Source of the DNA: Methanobacteriota archaeon
GTDB taxonomy: Archaea; Thermoplasmatota; Poseidoniia; Poseidoniales; Thalassarchaeaceae
Reading direction: 5' to 3'
DNA: 64,000 nt
Assembly: GCA_002730095.1 (NCBI GenBank)
Contig: PBZE01000044.1
Location: forward strand, 2,904-66,903
Shown here: in pieces, positions 36,261 to 44,951 of the stretch
Layout: the number at the start of each line of letters is the position of its first letter
How positions within the stretch are numbered: the stretch's first letter is position 1
Made by a program: the position numbers and the translations under genes
Notes under the pieces: generated by a model
Told to the model about the DNA's origin: nothing
Database searches by the model: none
Seen by the model: the letters and a program-made list of their open reading frames with translations, nothing else

Positions 36261-36797
36261 ATGGCCGATAGCGACTATGCCGAGTTCAGTATTGCACACG
36301 ACCGACTTTACACACTTGATCATCTATGGATGCAAGTCCTAGATGAAGACAAGGATGAGGGCACGACTAGTATTAAGATAGGATTGAGCGAGTTTCTAAT
36401 GGCGGAATTCGGTGAAGTGATTCAGATAGTTCTAGCCAGACCAAGGGATGATAGTGATTTCGAGATCGATGCTGACTCTGGACTTTCCGAAGACGACGAT
36501 GAAGATGAGAAGCCATCAAAGTCAGATACAATGGGTGCGCAAGTGGATACAGACGAGTTGCTAATAACTGTCACAACGAGGTATGATGGTGAATTCGATA
36601 GAATGCTAATCAATGCCCCTATATCTTGCACAATTATGGAGCTAAATGGGCATGTTGAGGACAACCCAGACATAGCAAACGAAGATGCCTATGGAGACGC
36701 ATGGTGCGTAATCGTAAAGACATTCACAGATGATTTTGATGAGGATCAGTTCATGGATAAGGACGAATATTTGGCTATGCTAAATGAACTTCCATGA
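36261..36797 (+). CDS. Glycine-cleavage H-protein-like protein lacking the lipoyl-lysine motif, with an acidic insertion
   Basis: YTLDHLWMQV...IKIGLSEFLMAEFGEVIQIVL and the C-terminal NEDAYGDAWCVIVK match the GcvH scaffold. The ESVKA position reads VTTRYDG. There is an insertion DDSDFEIDADSGLSEDDDEDEKPSKSD. Confidence 0.6.
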   Translation: MADSDYAEFSIAHDRLYTLDHLWMQVLDEDKDEGTTSIKIGLSEFLMAEFGEVIQIVLARPRDDSDFEIDADSGLSEDDDEDEKPSKSDTMGAQVDTDELLITVTTRYDGEFDRMLINAPISCTIMELNGHVEDNPDIANEDAYGDAWCVIVKTFTDDFDEDQFMDKDEYLAMLNELP

Positions 36798-38087
36798 TTA
36801 TGGCCACTGAAGTTCCCCCCAATCTTCATGATTAGATCCAACCCAGTCAAAATCGGAAAGAAGTGAAAGGACTTCTTCCTCTGTTTTTAGCCCCCGTTCA
36901 ATTTGTTTTCTGTACAACCAGTCCTTGAGTCTGCCCAGTCTAGGACCAGGGCCAAGTCCTGTTACTTCTGCTAACCTATCGCCCCTAATTAGGGGGGAAA
37001 TCACCCCTTCTTCATTTTCTAAGCCCTCTAATGAAATTCTAAACTCAATCAAATCGGCCCCGGCCTTATCCAAATAATCCAAAATCAACCCTCTTCTAAT
37101 TTCGGGGATTAATGCCTTGAATCTCCTGACTGACTCTATGGATGAATCAACCTTGATAGATCTACAGTCGTGCATCATAGATATCTCAGCAAGTTCCCTT
37201 TTGGAAAGCACTAGCAATTTCCTCAGTGTTTCAGAAAGAGATCCACTGGAAATATTTTGTTTCCTGAATAATAAGGCCAGATTAACTAAGTGATTGCCAG
37301 AGAGTTTGGTCGGAATATCTATTTTATGACCCTCAAAGACTTGGTCTAAAACCCCCAGAGAACTCATCTTTAGGACTATCTGATGAGTATTTTCACCAGT
37401 AAGAATTTTTGAAATCTCAACCCCAATTCTCTCTTTTGATACTCCTGATAGGAAATCCCCGGCCTGTCTGATTCCCGCCTCGAGAGATTCGTCCATCTCC
37501 CTCATCCCTGAAGTTCCAGCATCCAGAAATCTGAAAGCCCTCAGTACCCTTAAGCCATCTTCACTGAATCTCCGTTCAGCAGATCCCACAGTTTTCAGCA
37601 CACCATTGGATAAGTCAGTTAATCCGCCATATGGGTCTATCAGATTTCCATCGACATCCACCGCCATGGAATTAATGGTGAAATCCCTCCTGCTAAGATC
37701 CTCCAAAATACTCTCATCTCCATCTCCCCCTTCAAGAAAAGTTACCCTTTCCGGCCTCCTCCTGTCAAGATAGCCGTCCTCGCTTCTCAAAGTGGTAACT
37801 TGCATATCTTCTTCCGGATCAAATTCACCACTATCCGCCCTAATTATTACAGTCCCGAAGCTAGCACCGACCATTATCGACCTAGGGAAAATAGACTTAA
37901 TTTGCTCTGGAGTCAGTGTGGTAGCTATGTCCATGTCCTCGGTTTTTACTCCCATCAGTGAGTCTCTGACCCAACCTCCGACAATCCATGCAGACCCCCT
38001 GCCTCTCAAGACCTTCAGTACATTCAGGTTAGCTTTTGAAATCGAGGTCAATGCTCGGCTTAGGTTACCTCGCATCAGGTCCTCCAT
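36798..38087 (-). CDS. Class II (bacterial/eukaryotic-type) tRNA nucleotidyltransferase / poly(A) polymerase family protein
   Basis: Motif A IVGGWVRDSLMG..EDMDIAT, RSEDGYLDRRRPE, motif B RRDFTINSMAV, and motif D SEDGLRVLRAFRF. Confidence 0.8.
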   Translation of the reverse strand: MEDLMRGNLSRALTSISKANLNVLKVLRGRGSAWIVGGWVRDSLMGVKTEDMDIATTLTPEQIKSIFPRSIMVGASFGTVIIRADSGEFDPEEDMQVTTLRSEDGYLDRRRPERVTFLEGGDGDESILEDLSRRDFTINSMAVDVDGNLIDPYGGLTDLSNGVLKTVGSAERRFSEDGLRVLRAFRFLDAGTSGMREMDESLEAGIRQAGDFLSGVSKERIGVEISKILTGENTHQIVLKMSSLGVLDQVFEGHKIDIPTKLSGNHLVNLALLFRKQNISSGSLSETLRKLLVLSKRELAEISMMHDCRSIKVDSSIESVRRFKALIPEIRRGLILDYLDKAGADLIEFRISLEGLENEEGVISPLIRGDRLAEVTGLGPGPRLGRLKDWLYRKQIERGLKTEEEVLSLLSDFDWVGSNHEDWGELQWP

Positions 38088-38145
38088 GGCACATGCTGGG
38101 GACTACTAGACATCACTCCTTCGATAGAAATTACGATTTTACATG

Positions 38146-39132
38146 TCATGGGACGAAGTCTTGATGCCTCTTCCCAAAAAGAACTTCATCCGTTTCAGAA
38201 ACCGGCTCAACCAAGTCAAAACCAACCAATCTGCTGAAAGTAGGCCATAGTTCACTTAACCACTCTGCTTCAGTCATCAGAAGCTCTATCACCGGATGCT
38301 CAATAATTTCCTCATCAGTGTAGCTTTCATCGATTTCAGGAAGGCCGGACGGTAAATCTCGGAGGGATTGTACCAATTTTTCAAGCCTGAAAAACTCCTC
38401 AGAATCATCGCCCAATATGGATCCGATTAGTTTTAGAGCGTCCTCAAATTCATCCGCAATGAATAATGGGTCCGGAAATGCACTATCGGACTCAGAAATA
38501 TCCAAAGGCCCGAAAACCACTCCTCCAAGATCAGTTTCATTCCATATATCGCCCTGCCACTCCTTTTTCAGAAGCCGCTGCTGAATTCTGCCTCCGAACG
38601 GCCCCAGAACAAATCCTCCTTCTTCAATCAGTAGTTCTATCTGGTGTGGAATCTCCCTCACAGACCCTGTAAATAGTACTCTATCAACATCTCTAACCCA
38701 TGATGGATCTTCCAATGCCTCTTTTCCTAGGACCCTTATTACTCCATATTGGGATCGCCTCTCAAGAACCGCTGAAGTGTATTGTGAAACCTCCTCATGC
38801 GGCTCTATGATGGTAACTCTTCCTGTAGGGCCGCAAATCTTGTCTACGAGCGTGGCCACATAACCTCCTTTTGATCCCATTAATAGGACATGCAGTCCCT
38901 CCATCAGCTCCAAGTGATGCAACATTGTTACAATCATGTGAGGTGCAGAGATAGTTTTTGTCGCACCCTTCTCGGTCACAAGAAACGGGACTGGATAGTC
39001 TTGCCAGAAACTTTCTAACGGGAAATCAGTAAATTCGGAAGGATCAGTAGACAGAACAGCCTCGACAATGCCCTCACTCATTGGAATCCCAGTTTTTTTG
39101 AGCATTTCGATCAAATCTGTAACCCCGGACAT
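38146..39132 (-). CDS. pcm: Protein-L-isoaspartate O-methyltransferase with C-terminal acidic extension
   Basis: TISAPHMIVTMLHHLEL..GLHVLLMGSKGGYVATLV matches the PIMT pre-motif I and motif I. Trimmed to ATG 39132 because the upstream ORF extension lies antisense over tRNA-Val. Confidence 0.75.
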   Translation of the reverse strand: MSGVTDLIEMLKKTGIPMSEGIVEAVLSTDPSEFTDFPLESFWQDYPVPFLVTEKGATKTISAPHMIVTMLHHLELMEGLHVLLMGSKGGYVATLVDKICGPTGRVTIIEPHEEVSQYTSAVLERRSQYGVIRVLGKEALEDPSWVRDVDRVLFTGSVREIPHQIELLIEEGGFVLGPFGGRIQQRLLKKEWQGDIWNETDLGGVVFGPLDISESDSAFPDPLFIADEFEDALKLIGSILGDDSEEFFRLEKLVQSLRDLPSGLPEIDESYTDEEIIEHPVIELLMTEAEWLSELWPTFSRLVGFDLVEPVSETDEVLFGKRHQDFVP

Positions 39133-39194
39133 GCAAACTCTCAGCACTCCTTTAGCCGCAGTCCATTTGAACACAACGCCCCCCCGGGTAGACA

Positions 39195-39270
39195 GGGTCC
39201 GTGGTCTAGGGGTTATGACGTTGCTCTTACAAAGCGAAGATCGCAGGTTCAATTCCTGCCGGACCCACCA
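39195..39270 (+). tRNA. tRNA-Val (anticodon TAC), CCA encoded
   Basis: Acceptor GGGTCCG/CGGACCC. Anticodon stem TTGCT/AGCGA with loop CTTACAA. The D and T arms are identical to those of the Val-CAC gene at 14159. Confidence 0.9.
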
Positions 39271-39349
39271 ATAATTTTCCAATTAATCTTTCAATTGGCA
39301 GTATCTCATTTCACATCAGATTCAAAAGGTAACGACCTAAGGGCAATGT

Positions 39350-40039
39350 GTGGTCGAAGAGACCGCTGGACTCGCGTCCCGCGTAGCAAGAAGGCTCAGG
39401 AAGAGAGACTGGGTCGTGTCTGTTGCTGAATCTTGTACTGGGGGCTTAGTCGCATCTCTGATCACTGACATATCCGGGGCATCGACATGGTTCAACCAGG
39501 GTTGGATTACATATTCCAATGAATCAAAGATGAGGGAGTTGGGAGTTGAAAAGTCAGCTTTCGACAGTGGGGATGCAGGTGCTGTATCTCATGAAGTTGC
39601 AATTCAGATGGCTCAAGGGGCCAAGTACCAATCTGGATCTGACGTTTCAATAGGGATAACTGGAATTGCTGGGCCAGGCGGTTCGACTGGTGACAAGGAG
39701 GTAGGAAGGGTTCATGTCGCTGTAATTGCCGGGGACTATTTTCTCTCAAGAAGGATGGATTTTGGTGACAATGACAGGTTGGACAACAAGAAGTCGTTCG
39801 CTGCGTTTGCATTGAGGCTGACATTGGAGGCTTTGGACAGAGTAGACGAAAATGATGCTGTTGTTGAAGAGGTGTTGAGTAAAGATGAAGCTGAGATTTC
39901 CTTTGATACTTCTCAGTTAGATCCACTCTCCGAAGAATGGGAAGGCAGTCTGGAGTGGCAGAAAAGCCCTAGGACAGTCGCCGAAGACATCGGCAAAGTA
40001 GACCTAGCTTCCTTGACGGATTGGGATGACAAAGAATAA
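39350..40039 (+). CDS. cinA: CinA C-terminal domain protein (nicotinamide-nucleotide amidohydrolase PncC-like) with acidic tail
   Basis: SVAESCTGGLVASLITDISGAS, WITYSNESK and IGITGIAGPGG. GTG start. Confidence 0.8.
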   Translation: MVEETAGLASRVARRLRKRDWVVSVAESCTGGLVASLITDISGASTWFNQGWITYSNESKMRELGVEKSAFDSGDAGAVSHEVAIQMAQGAKYQSGSDVSIGITGIAGPGGSTGDKEVGRVHVAVIAGDYFLSRRMDFGDNDRLDNKKSFAAFALRLTLEALDRVDENDAVVEEVLSKDEAEISFDTSQLDPLSEEWEGSLEWQKSPRTVAEDIGKVDLASLTDWDDKE

Positions 40040-40086
40040 TTCAACAATTATTTTGCGATATCATCATGAGGTGACTATCCCCCCTG

Positions 40087-41715
40087 ATGGGCATGGCCTC
40101 AGACGATTGGCCTGAAAGACAGCGAATATTGGCTTCTTCAGGTATGCTTGTTATTGGCAGAAAGTCACAAGAGGCCATCCAAGAACTCGAGGATATCCAG
40201 CCATTAATTGAAGCTGCTAGGTCTTCCGGAGTGAAAATACTTGATTTCAGAACAGTAAGCGAATTACTAGCCATGTCTACGAAGGTCCAAACAGGTCCAA
40301 TAGTATCCGATTCTTCCAAAACAGAACAAGTTTCCCTGCCGAGTCCAGATAGCCCTTCTCCAATCGGGAGGACAATAGCGCCTTCCAAATCACTAGAGAT
40401 GGCCCCGGCTCCGAGGCCACATGGCCTAGATCATTACAGTCTAGTGGATTTTCCAATGGTTGCTACAGATGTAGATTCAGAAATTGAGATACATTTTGAC
40501 ATAACTGGAAACTCAGTAACCGAAGGCAAGATGTCAGATATGAGATCCTGCTTTACAGATCGCCTACAGAGAATAAGGGCGATGATGGTGTCTTCTAATA
40601 CGCTCCCTAGGAGGCCAGTGCCCGCTTCGGAGGCATGGAGGAATAGGCAACGACACTCAAGCAGGGAATACGAGGTCACCCTAGTTGGATTGGCTACAGA
40701 TATGAGATGGGCCAAAAGCAAAAATCTGATGTTCGCGGTTGAAGATGAGACGGCTCAGATTAGATGCGTAGTGAAGCCACCCTCAGATGCCTCAGAGGTT
40801 CATCCAGCTCTAGATGGCCTGATGGATGACGATGTCGTTGGCGTCAGTGGCTATTTCTTAGTAGGAGAAGGTGATCCGATTTTCTTCGTCCAAGACATCC
40901 ATCTGCCTCCACTGGGATTCCATTCAAAAACTACATCTGGCGAGGATAGAGCGGTCTCTGCAGCGTTCCTTTCAGACACCCATGTCGGTAGCATGACATT
41001 CCTAGGGCCCCAATGGGAGAAAATGATTCAATGGTTCAACAATGACCCACTTGCTCGAACGATCAAATATTTTGTACTAAGCGGAGATGGTGTCGATGGA
41101 GTCGGGATTTATCCGGGACAAGATCGCCACCTTTCAATCAAAGATTTATTCAATCAATATTCTGAGCTTGCTAGATTACTAGAGGCACTTCCAGATTGGG
41201 TTGATGTGATCATCCTGCCAGGCAATCACGATGCAGTAAGGCCAGCCGAACCACAACCTGCATTGGATCCAGAGGTTCAGCAAGATTACTCAGATGCCAC
41301 ATTTGTAGGCAATCCATGCGACTTTAGCCTGCATGGAGTAAGGGTGCTCTCATACCATGGAAAGAGTATAGATGATTTCGTCGCAACACTCAGGTCTGTC
41401 TCATACTCCCAGCCAGAAAGGGCAATGCAAGCAATGCTAGAGAGGAGGCACCTAGCTCCCTCATGGGGCGGCAAAACTCCTCTCTCGCCCGAGCCAGAGG
41501 ACAATCTTGTAATTTCAAATGTCCCTGATATTTTTGTCACCGGGCATGTCCATGGCCACTTTGTAGGTAATTACAAAGGAACTACAATGGTTCACAGCTC
41601 AACATGGCAGAACCAAACAGACTTCCAAAGAATGCTTGGTTTCCAGCCCAAGCCTTGCATCTTAACGGTCGTCAATCTACATACGTATGCAACAGCATCC
41701 ATCCCATTCGCTTAG
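40087..41715 (+). CDS. DNA polymerase II (PolD) small subunit DP1
   Basis: OB-fold region (MFAVEDETAQIRCVV) plus calcineurin-like phosphoesterase motifs FLSDTHVGS, LSGDGVDGVGIYPGQ, LPGNHD and VTGHVH. Archaea-specific replicase subunit. Confidence 0.9.
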   Translation: MGMASDDWPERQRILASSGMLVIGRKSQEAIQELEDIQPLIEAARSSGVKILDFRTVSELLAMSTKVQTGPIVSDSSKTEQVSLPSPDSPSPIGRTIAPSKSLEMAPAPRPHGLDHYSLVDFPMVATDVDSEIEIHFDITGNSVTEGKMSDMRSCFTDRLQRIRAMMVSSNTLPRRPVPASEAWRNRQRHSSREYEVTLVGLATDMRWAKSKNLMFAVEDETAQIRCVVKPPSDASEVHPALDGLMDDDVVGVSGYFLVGEGDPIFFVQDIHLPPLGFHSKTTSGEDRAVSAAFLSDTHVGSMTFLGPQWEKMIQWFNNDPLARTIKYFVLSGDGVDGVGIYPGQDRHLSIKDLFNQYSELARLLEALPDWVDVIILPGNHDAVRPAEPQPALDPEVQQDYSDATFVGNPCDFSLHGVRVLSYHGKSIDDFVATLRSVSYSQPERAMQAMLERRHLAPSWGGKTPLSPEPEDNLVISNVPDIFVTGHVHGHFVGNYKGTTMVHSSTWQNQTDFQRMLGFQPKPCILTVVNLHTYATASIPFA

Positions 41716-42413
41716 TCCGTCGTAGGAAACTCCTCTCCATCAAAAATATAAGGCCAAATTTTTCTTAAGTCCTTGGCCTCTACTATCGGCACTCCGGCAT
41801 TCTTGAATTCCTCTAATGCCCTGGAACGTGCTGGATTGAATCCAATGAAAGAGGACTCCCCGACTTTCATGGATAGATCCGTACCTGAGTCTCCCACAGA
41901 TATCATTTCTCCAGTTTCGAAACTATTTATCCTTGCAAGCTTCTCCACCATAATTCCCTTATTATGCGAGTAAACTCTTGTTGGTAGCCCTTTGATAAGA
42001 TATCCATCTTCATCCCACTCAAAACCATTAGCTGCCCAGTCATCCACCTTCAGCATATTAGCTATCGCACCCACGAACAAATCTACCCCAGATGAGACAA
42101 TTGCAACATACACACCTCTTCTTTTCAGCTCTTCAATGACATCTCTGGCACCATCAATTAGCCCGATTCCGCTGTAGCACCGGATAATGTCATCCTTGTG
42201 AATCTCAGACTGCACGCTCCTCCAAAGGCGTATGTCATGCTCCACAAATTCCTCTTCAGTAATTTTACCATCAAGGAACTTTTCCAAAGTCCTTTTGTGG
42301 GCTCCGCCATCGTTTGTATCCGTGCCAAACCTCCTATGGATATTCTGCCATGATGAGCCATTGTCAGTTAGTACTCCATCACAGTCGAAAACCACAGCAG
42401 CAACACGACTCAT
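41712..42413 (-). CDS. HAD-superfamily hydrolase, subfamily IB (phosphoserine phosphatase-like)
   Basis: AVVFDCDGVLT (DxDxT), VAIVSSG and SVGDSGTDLSM. Confidence 0.7.
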   Translation of the reverse strand: MSRVAAVVFDCDGVLTDNGSSWQNIHRRFGTDTNDGGAHKRTLEKFLDGKITEEEFVEHDIRLWRSVQSEIHKDDIIRCYSGIGLIDGARDVIEELKRRGVYVAIVSSGVDLFVGAIANMLKVDDWAANGFEWDEDGYLIKGLPTRVYSHNKGIMVEKLARINSFETGEMISVGDSGTDLSMKVGESSFIGFNPARSRALEEFKNAGVPIVEAKDLRKIWPYIFDGEEFPTTD

Positions 42414-42527
42414 GCTTCTCGGACAAACTCCGACTTAATTTACTATAGTTCGTTCCGATGAATTGATTTCTGAGTGCATCGTAAGATGTCCATGAGCGGA
42501 CCCCCGGGCGCTGATAGGAGGGCAATA

Positions 42528-42761
42528 ATGGTCAGGGTCCTATTCTTCGGGCCTTTGGCAGAGTCTCTAGGGGAGAGGGAAGTAGAGATCGCGGTGGAAT
42601 TCGGATCTTCAATAATTGAACTAGTTGAAAGATTGGGGTTACAGGATCTTGTTTCGAGAGGGCTCAGAGTCGCAATAAATAGCAATGTAGTGAGTGATTT
42701 GGATTCTGTGATCGAAGATTCATCCGAGATAGCATTCCTTCCTCCTGTTTCTGGTGGATAA
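42528..42761 (+). CDS. MoaD-family ubiquitin-like sulfur carrier / SAMP-like protein ending in Gly-Gly
   Basis: 77 aa, MVRVLFFGPLAESLGERE...EIAFLPPVSGG. Classic MoaD C-terminus. Confidence 0.75.
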   Translation: MVRVLFFGPLAESLGEREVEIAVEFGSSIIELVERLGLQDLVSRGLRVAINSNVVSDLDSVIEDSSEIAFLPPVSGG

Positions 42762-42816
42762 GTGGGTCTTTTTCCGAAGCATTCAACCGATATGCCCTCT
42801 AGCAGTGTATGATAGA

Positions 42817-43026
42817 ATGGCACTTGGTACAGTCGAAGTCGTTGCTCTCGTTGTTTTTGGAGTACTAATTTTTGGAGTCGACAAGATCCCTAAGCTAGCC
42901 AGAAGTGTCGGACTCGCCAAGGGGGAATACCAGAAGGCCGTGAATGAGGTGGCAAGGCCCTCAAAGGCCGAAATAGATCTTGATAGAGGCGGCCAAACCG
43001 ATGAAGCTCTGTCAGAAGATGAATAG
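42817..43026 (+). CDS. tatA: Twin-arginine translocase component TatA/E
   Basis: Single N-terminal TM helix followed by FGVDKIPKLARSVGLAKGEYQKAV (the FG..K.P hinge and amphipathic helix) and an acidic tail. Confidence 0.7.
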   Translation: MALGTVEVVALVVFGVLIFGVDKIPKLARSVGLAKGEYQKAVNEVARPSKAEIDLDRGGQTDEALSEDE

Positions 43027-43539
43027 CTAGATCCTCTTCAACTTCAACTTACTTCCACAGTCTATGCATTCACCTAGTAGCCCCTTTCTTTTAGCTGGAG
43101 TCTCTGGTGAATCGTATTCTCTTCCGCAGCCTAGGCATTTCAGCTTCCACGTCCAAAACTGAGAAATCCCATCAGAATTCACTGACTCCCATCTTATGCC
43201 CATTCTCTCAGCTAAGTTCTGCATGCGGTAGTCATCAGTAACAAGTACGCCCCCCCTCTCATATGCCGTAGCTACCAAATGCAAGTCAGTGACCGATAAT
43301 CCTCCCATATCTCCAGTTTCCATTGCGAACATCGAAGTGGAGGAAATTGCATCTTGGCTAGGTCCAGAAACTATCACTCCAATGGCATCGATCATGTCTG
43401 CCCTACTCGGAGAATGCCTCTCTAGCTCTTGAATCTGTGATTTTACTATCACTGCTCCAGACAATTCTGTTATCGGCCATGAAATTAGGGCCGAAGTATC
43501 CACTACAAGCTCATCTATCACACACACGCCACTTGCCAT
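43027..43539 (-). CDS. nob1: Nob1-like endonuclease (PIN domain plus C-terminal zinc ribbon)
   Basis: PIN motifs VIDELVVDTSALIS and LSVTDLHLVATAYERGGVLVTDDYRMQN. Zinc ribbon CLGCG...CIDCG. Confidence 0.75.
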   Translation of the reverse strand: MASGVCVIDELVVDTSALISWPITELSGAVIVKSQIQELERHSPSRADMIDAIGVIVSGPSQDAISSTSMFAMETGDMGGLSVTDLHLVATAYERGGVLVTDDYRMQNLAERMGIRWESVNSDGISQFWTWKLKCLGCGREYDSPETPAKRKGLLGECIDCGSKLKLKRI

Positions 43540-43613
43540 CCACTCATTGGTTTTCCCTTTGATAGTCTACATAAAAACCACTATTTCATACACAATGACT
43601 TGGACGAAGGTAT

Positions 43614-44222
43614 GTGAGCATGTTACCCAGTGGATTCTGGGATGTCTGGGATTCCTATGTCCAGTGGGCATTGAATTTAGGATTACCTGGATTGGGAATC
43701 CTTTCCTTTACCGAGGCCATAATCCAGCCAATTCCGCCAGAGGCTCTCACATTTCCAATGTTTCTAGATGCGCAGGATGATCCTCTGACAATTTTCCTAA
43801 TCTGGGCTATTGTCACACTAACCAGTGTCTCTGGAGCACTCGTAGGGTGGTGGCTGGGCAGAATAATTGGGAGGGGTGCTGCTGAGCGATACATTCAGAA
43901 AACGCATATTCAAAGACTGGATAATCTGATTTTGAGATATGGTAGTGCTGGGATATTTGTCGCAGCCATATCCCCCATCCCCTACAAGGTCCTTGCATGG
44001 GTAGCTGGAATGGGGGAGATGGACAAGGGTCAATTCGTATTCGCGGGTCTTTTTGGCAGAGGGCTAAGATTTGGCATTCAAGCTTTGGCGATTGGAATTT
44101 GGGGAGATGAATTGCTTAGGCTACTGGAAAATCCAATTGTTTGGATACTCCTGACACTCATCTCCCTCTTGGCTTTCATACCTGCTAAAAGATGGTGGGA
44201 CGGACTTCTACAGGAAGACTGA
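43614..44222 (+). CDS. DedA / VTT (SNARE-associated) family membrane protein
   Basis: FTEAIIQPIPPEAL and YGSAGIFVAAISPIPYKVLAWVAGMG are DedA-type re-entrant loop motifs. Confidence 0.7.
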   Translation: MSMLPSGFWDVWDSYVQWALNLGLPGLGILSFTEAIIQPIPPEALTFPMFLDAQDDPLTIFLIWAIVTLTSVSGALVGWWLGRIIGRGAAERYIQKTHIQRLDNLILRYGSAGIFVAAISPIPYKVLAWVAGMGEMDKGQFVFAGLFGRGLRFGIQALAIGIWGDELLRLLENPIVWILLTLISLLAFIPAKRWWDGLLQED

Positions 44223-44295
44223 CTCATTCACTGCAGACTTTTCACAACCTTTCTACCCGATTTGATTATGTGGGATGCATATCTCCGACAAGCCA

Positions 44296-44373
44296 GCTCC
44301 TGTGGTGTAGTTCGGTCCATCATACCGGGTTTTCATCCCGGCGACCCGGGTTCAAATCCCGGCAGGAGCACCA
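44296..44373 (+). tRNA. tRNA-Glu (anticodon TTC), CCA encoded
   Basis: Acceptor GCTCCTG/CAGGAGC. Anticodon stem CCGGG/CCCGG with loop TTTTCAT. T arm CCGGG-TTCAAAT-CCCGG. Discriminator A plus CCA. Confidence 0.9.
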
Positions 44374-44376
44374 AAA

Positions 44377-44826
44377 TCAAGTAATTTCGTGTATTTCGAT
44401 AGGTATCATTCTCCTTGAAGCCTCCATGATTACTACTCTGGTCCACTTGCTTGTTGTTGAGGGGATGGCCAGAATATGGCTGGAAGAACCAAGAATCTTC
44501 TCAGTCAATGAATTGGGAGCCTCTGGCCTCCCTCTGTCTTGGAGTCCTATTCTTGGATCATCCCATTCTTCGGAGAATACAGCTATTGGTATAGAATGAT
44601 TAGTGGCCCATCTTTCAGCTAAGTAGTCAACACCACTTGCCCCGCCTACAATAACTAGGTCGGGATATCCATTAATCCCTATCCAAGAGTCGATAATATT
44701 CTCGAAGTTCTCATAGTCATAGTATCTGCTTGAACCCACTACTGCTAGATTGATTATTTCCCCATCTTCGTTCAAATCTCTGCTCCCGAGTCTTTCGACA
44801 ACGTCCTGTCCCGCACTATCTGTCAT
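44377..44826 (-). CDS. SLOG-superfamily protein (DUF2493-like)
   Basis: INLAVVGSSRYYDYENF...DLVIVGGASGVDYLAERWA resembles the DUF2493/SLOG Rossmann-like core. Trimmed to ATG 44826, because the longer ORF would overlap the sufS start region. Confidence 0.55.
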   Translation of the reverse strand: MTDSAGQDVVERLGSRDLNEDGEIINLAVVGSSRYYDYENFENIIDSWIGINGYPDLVIVGGASGVDYLAERWATNHSIPIAVFSEEWDDPRIGLQDRGRPEAPNSLTEKILGSSSHILAIPSTTSKWTRVVIMEASRRMIPIEIHEIT

Positions 44827-44951
44827 GGTATCCAAACAGGGTCTGGAAAAATAAAGCCATTCTAGAAAATAATGTATTTGACGTATAAATTCAAATTTCC
44901 ATACAATCGATTTGAAAGCCTGAACCCCGACGTCGTATGGGGGTTGTTGAC

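Noticed and set aside
39133-39282. N-terminal 50-aa extension of the pcm ORF
   Set aside because: The extension is the antisense reading of tRNA-Val(TAC). PIMT similarity begins only after the internal Met at 39132.
40041-40388. 115-aa minus-strand ORF at the start of the DP1 gene
   Set aside because: It is antisense to the DP1 N-terminal region and has no motifs. Most likely spurious.
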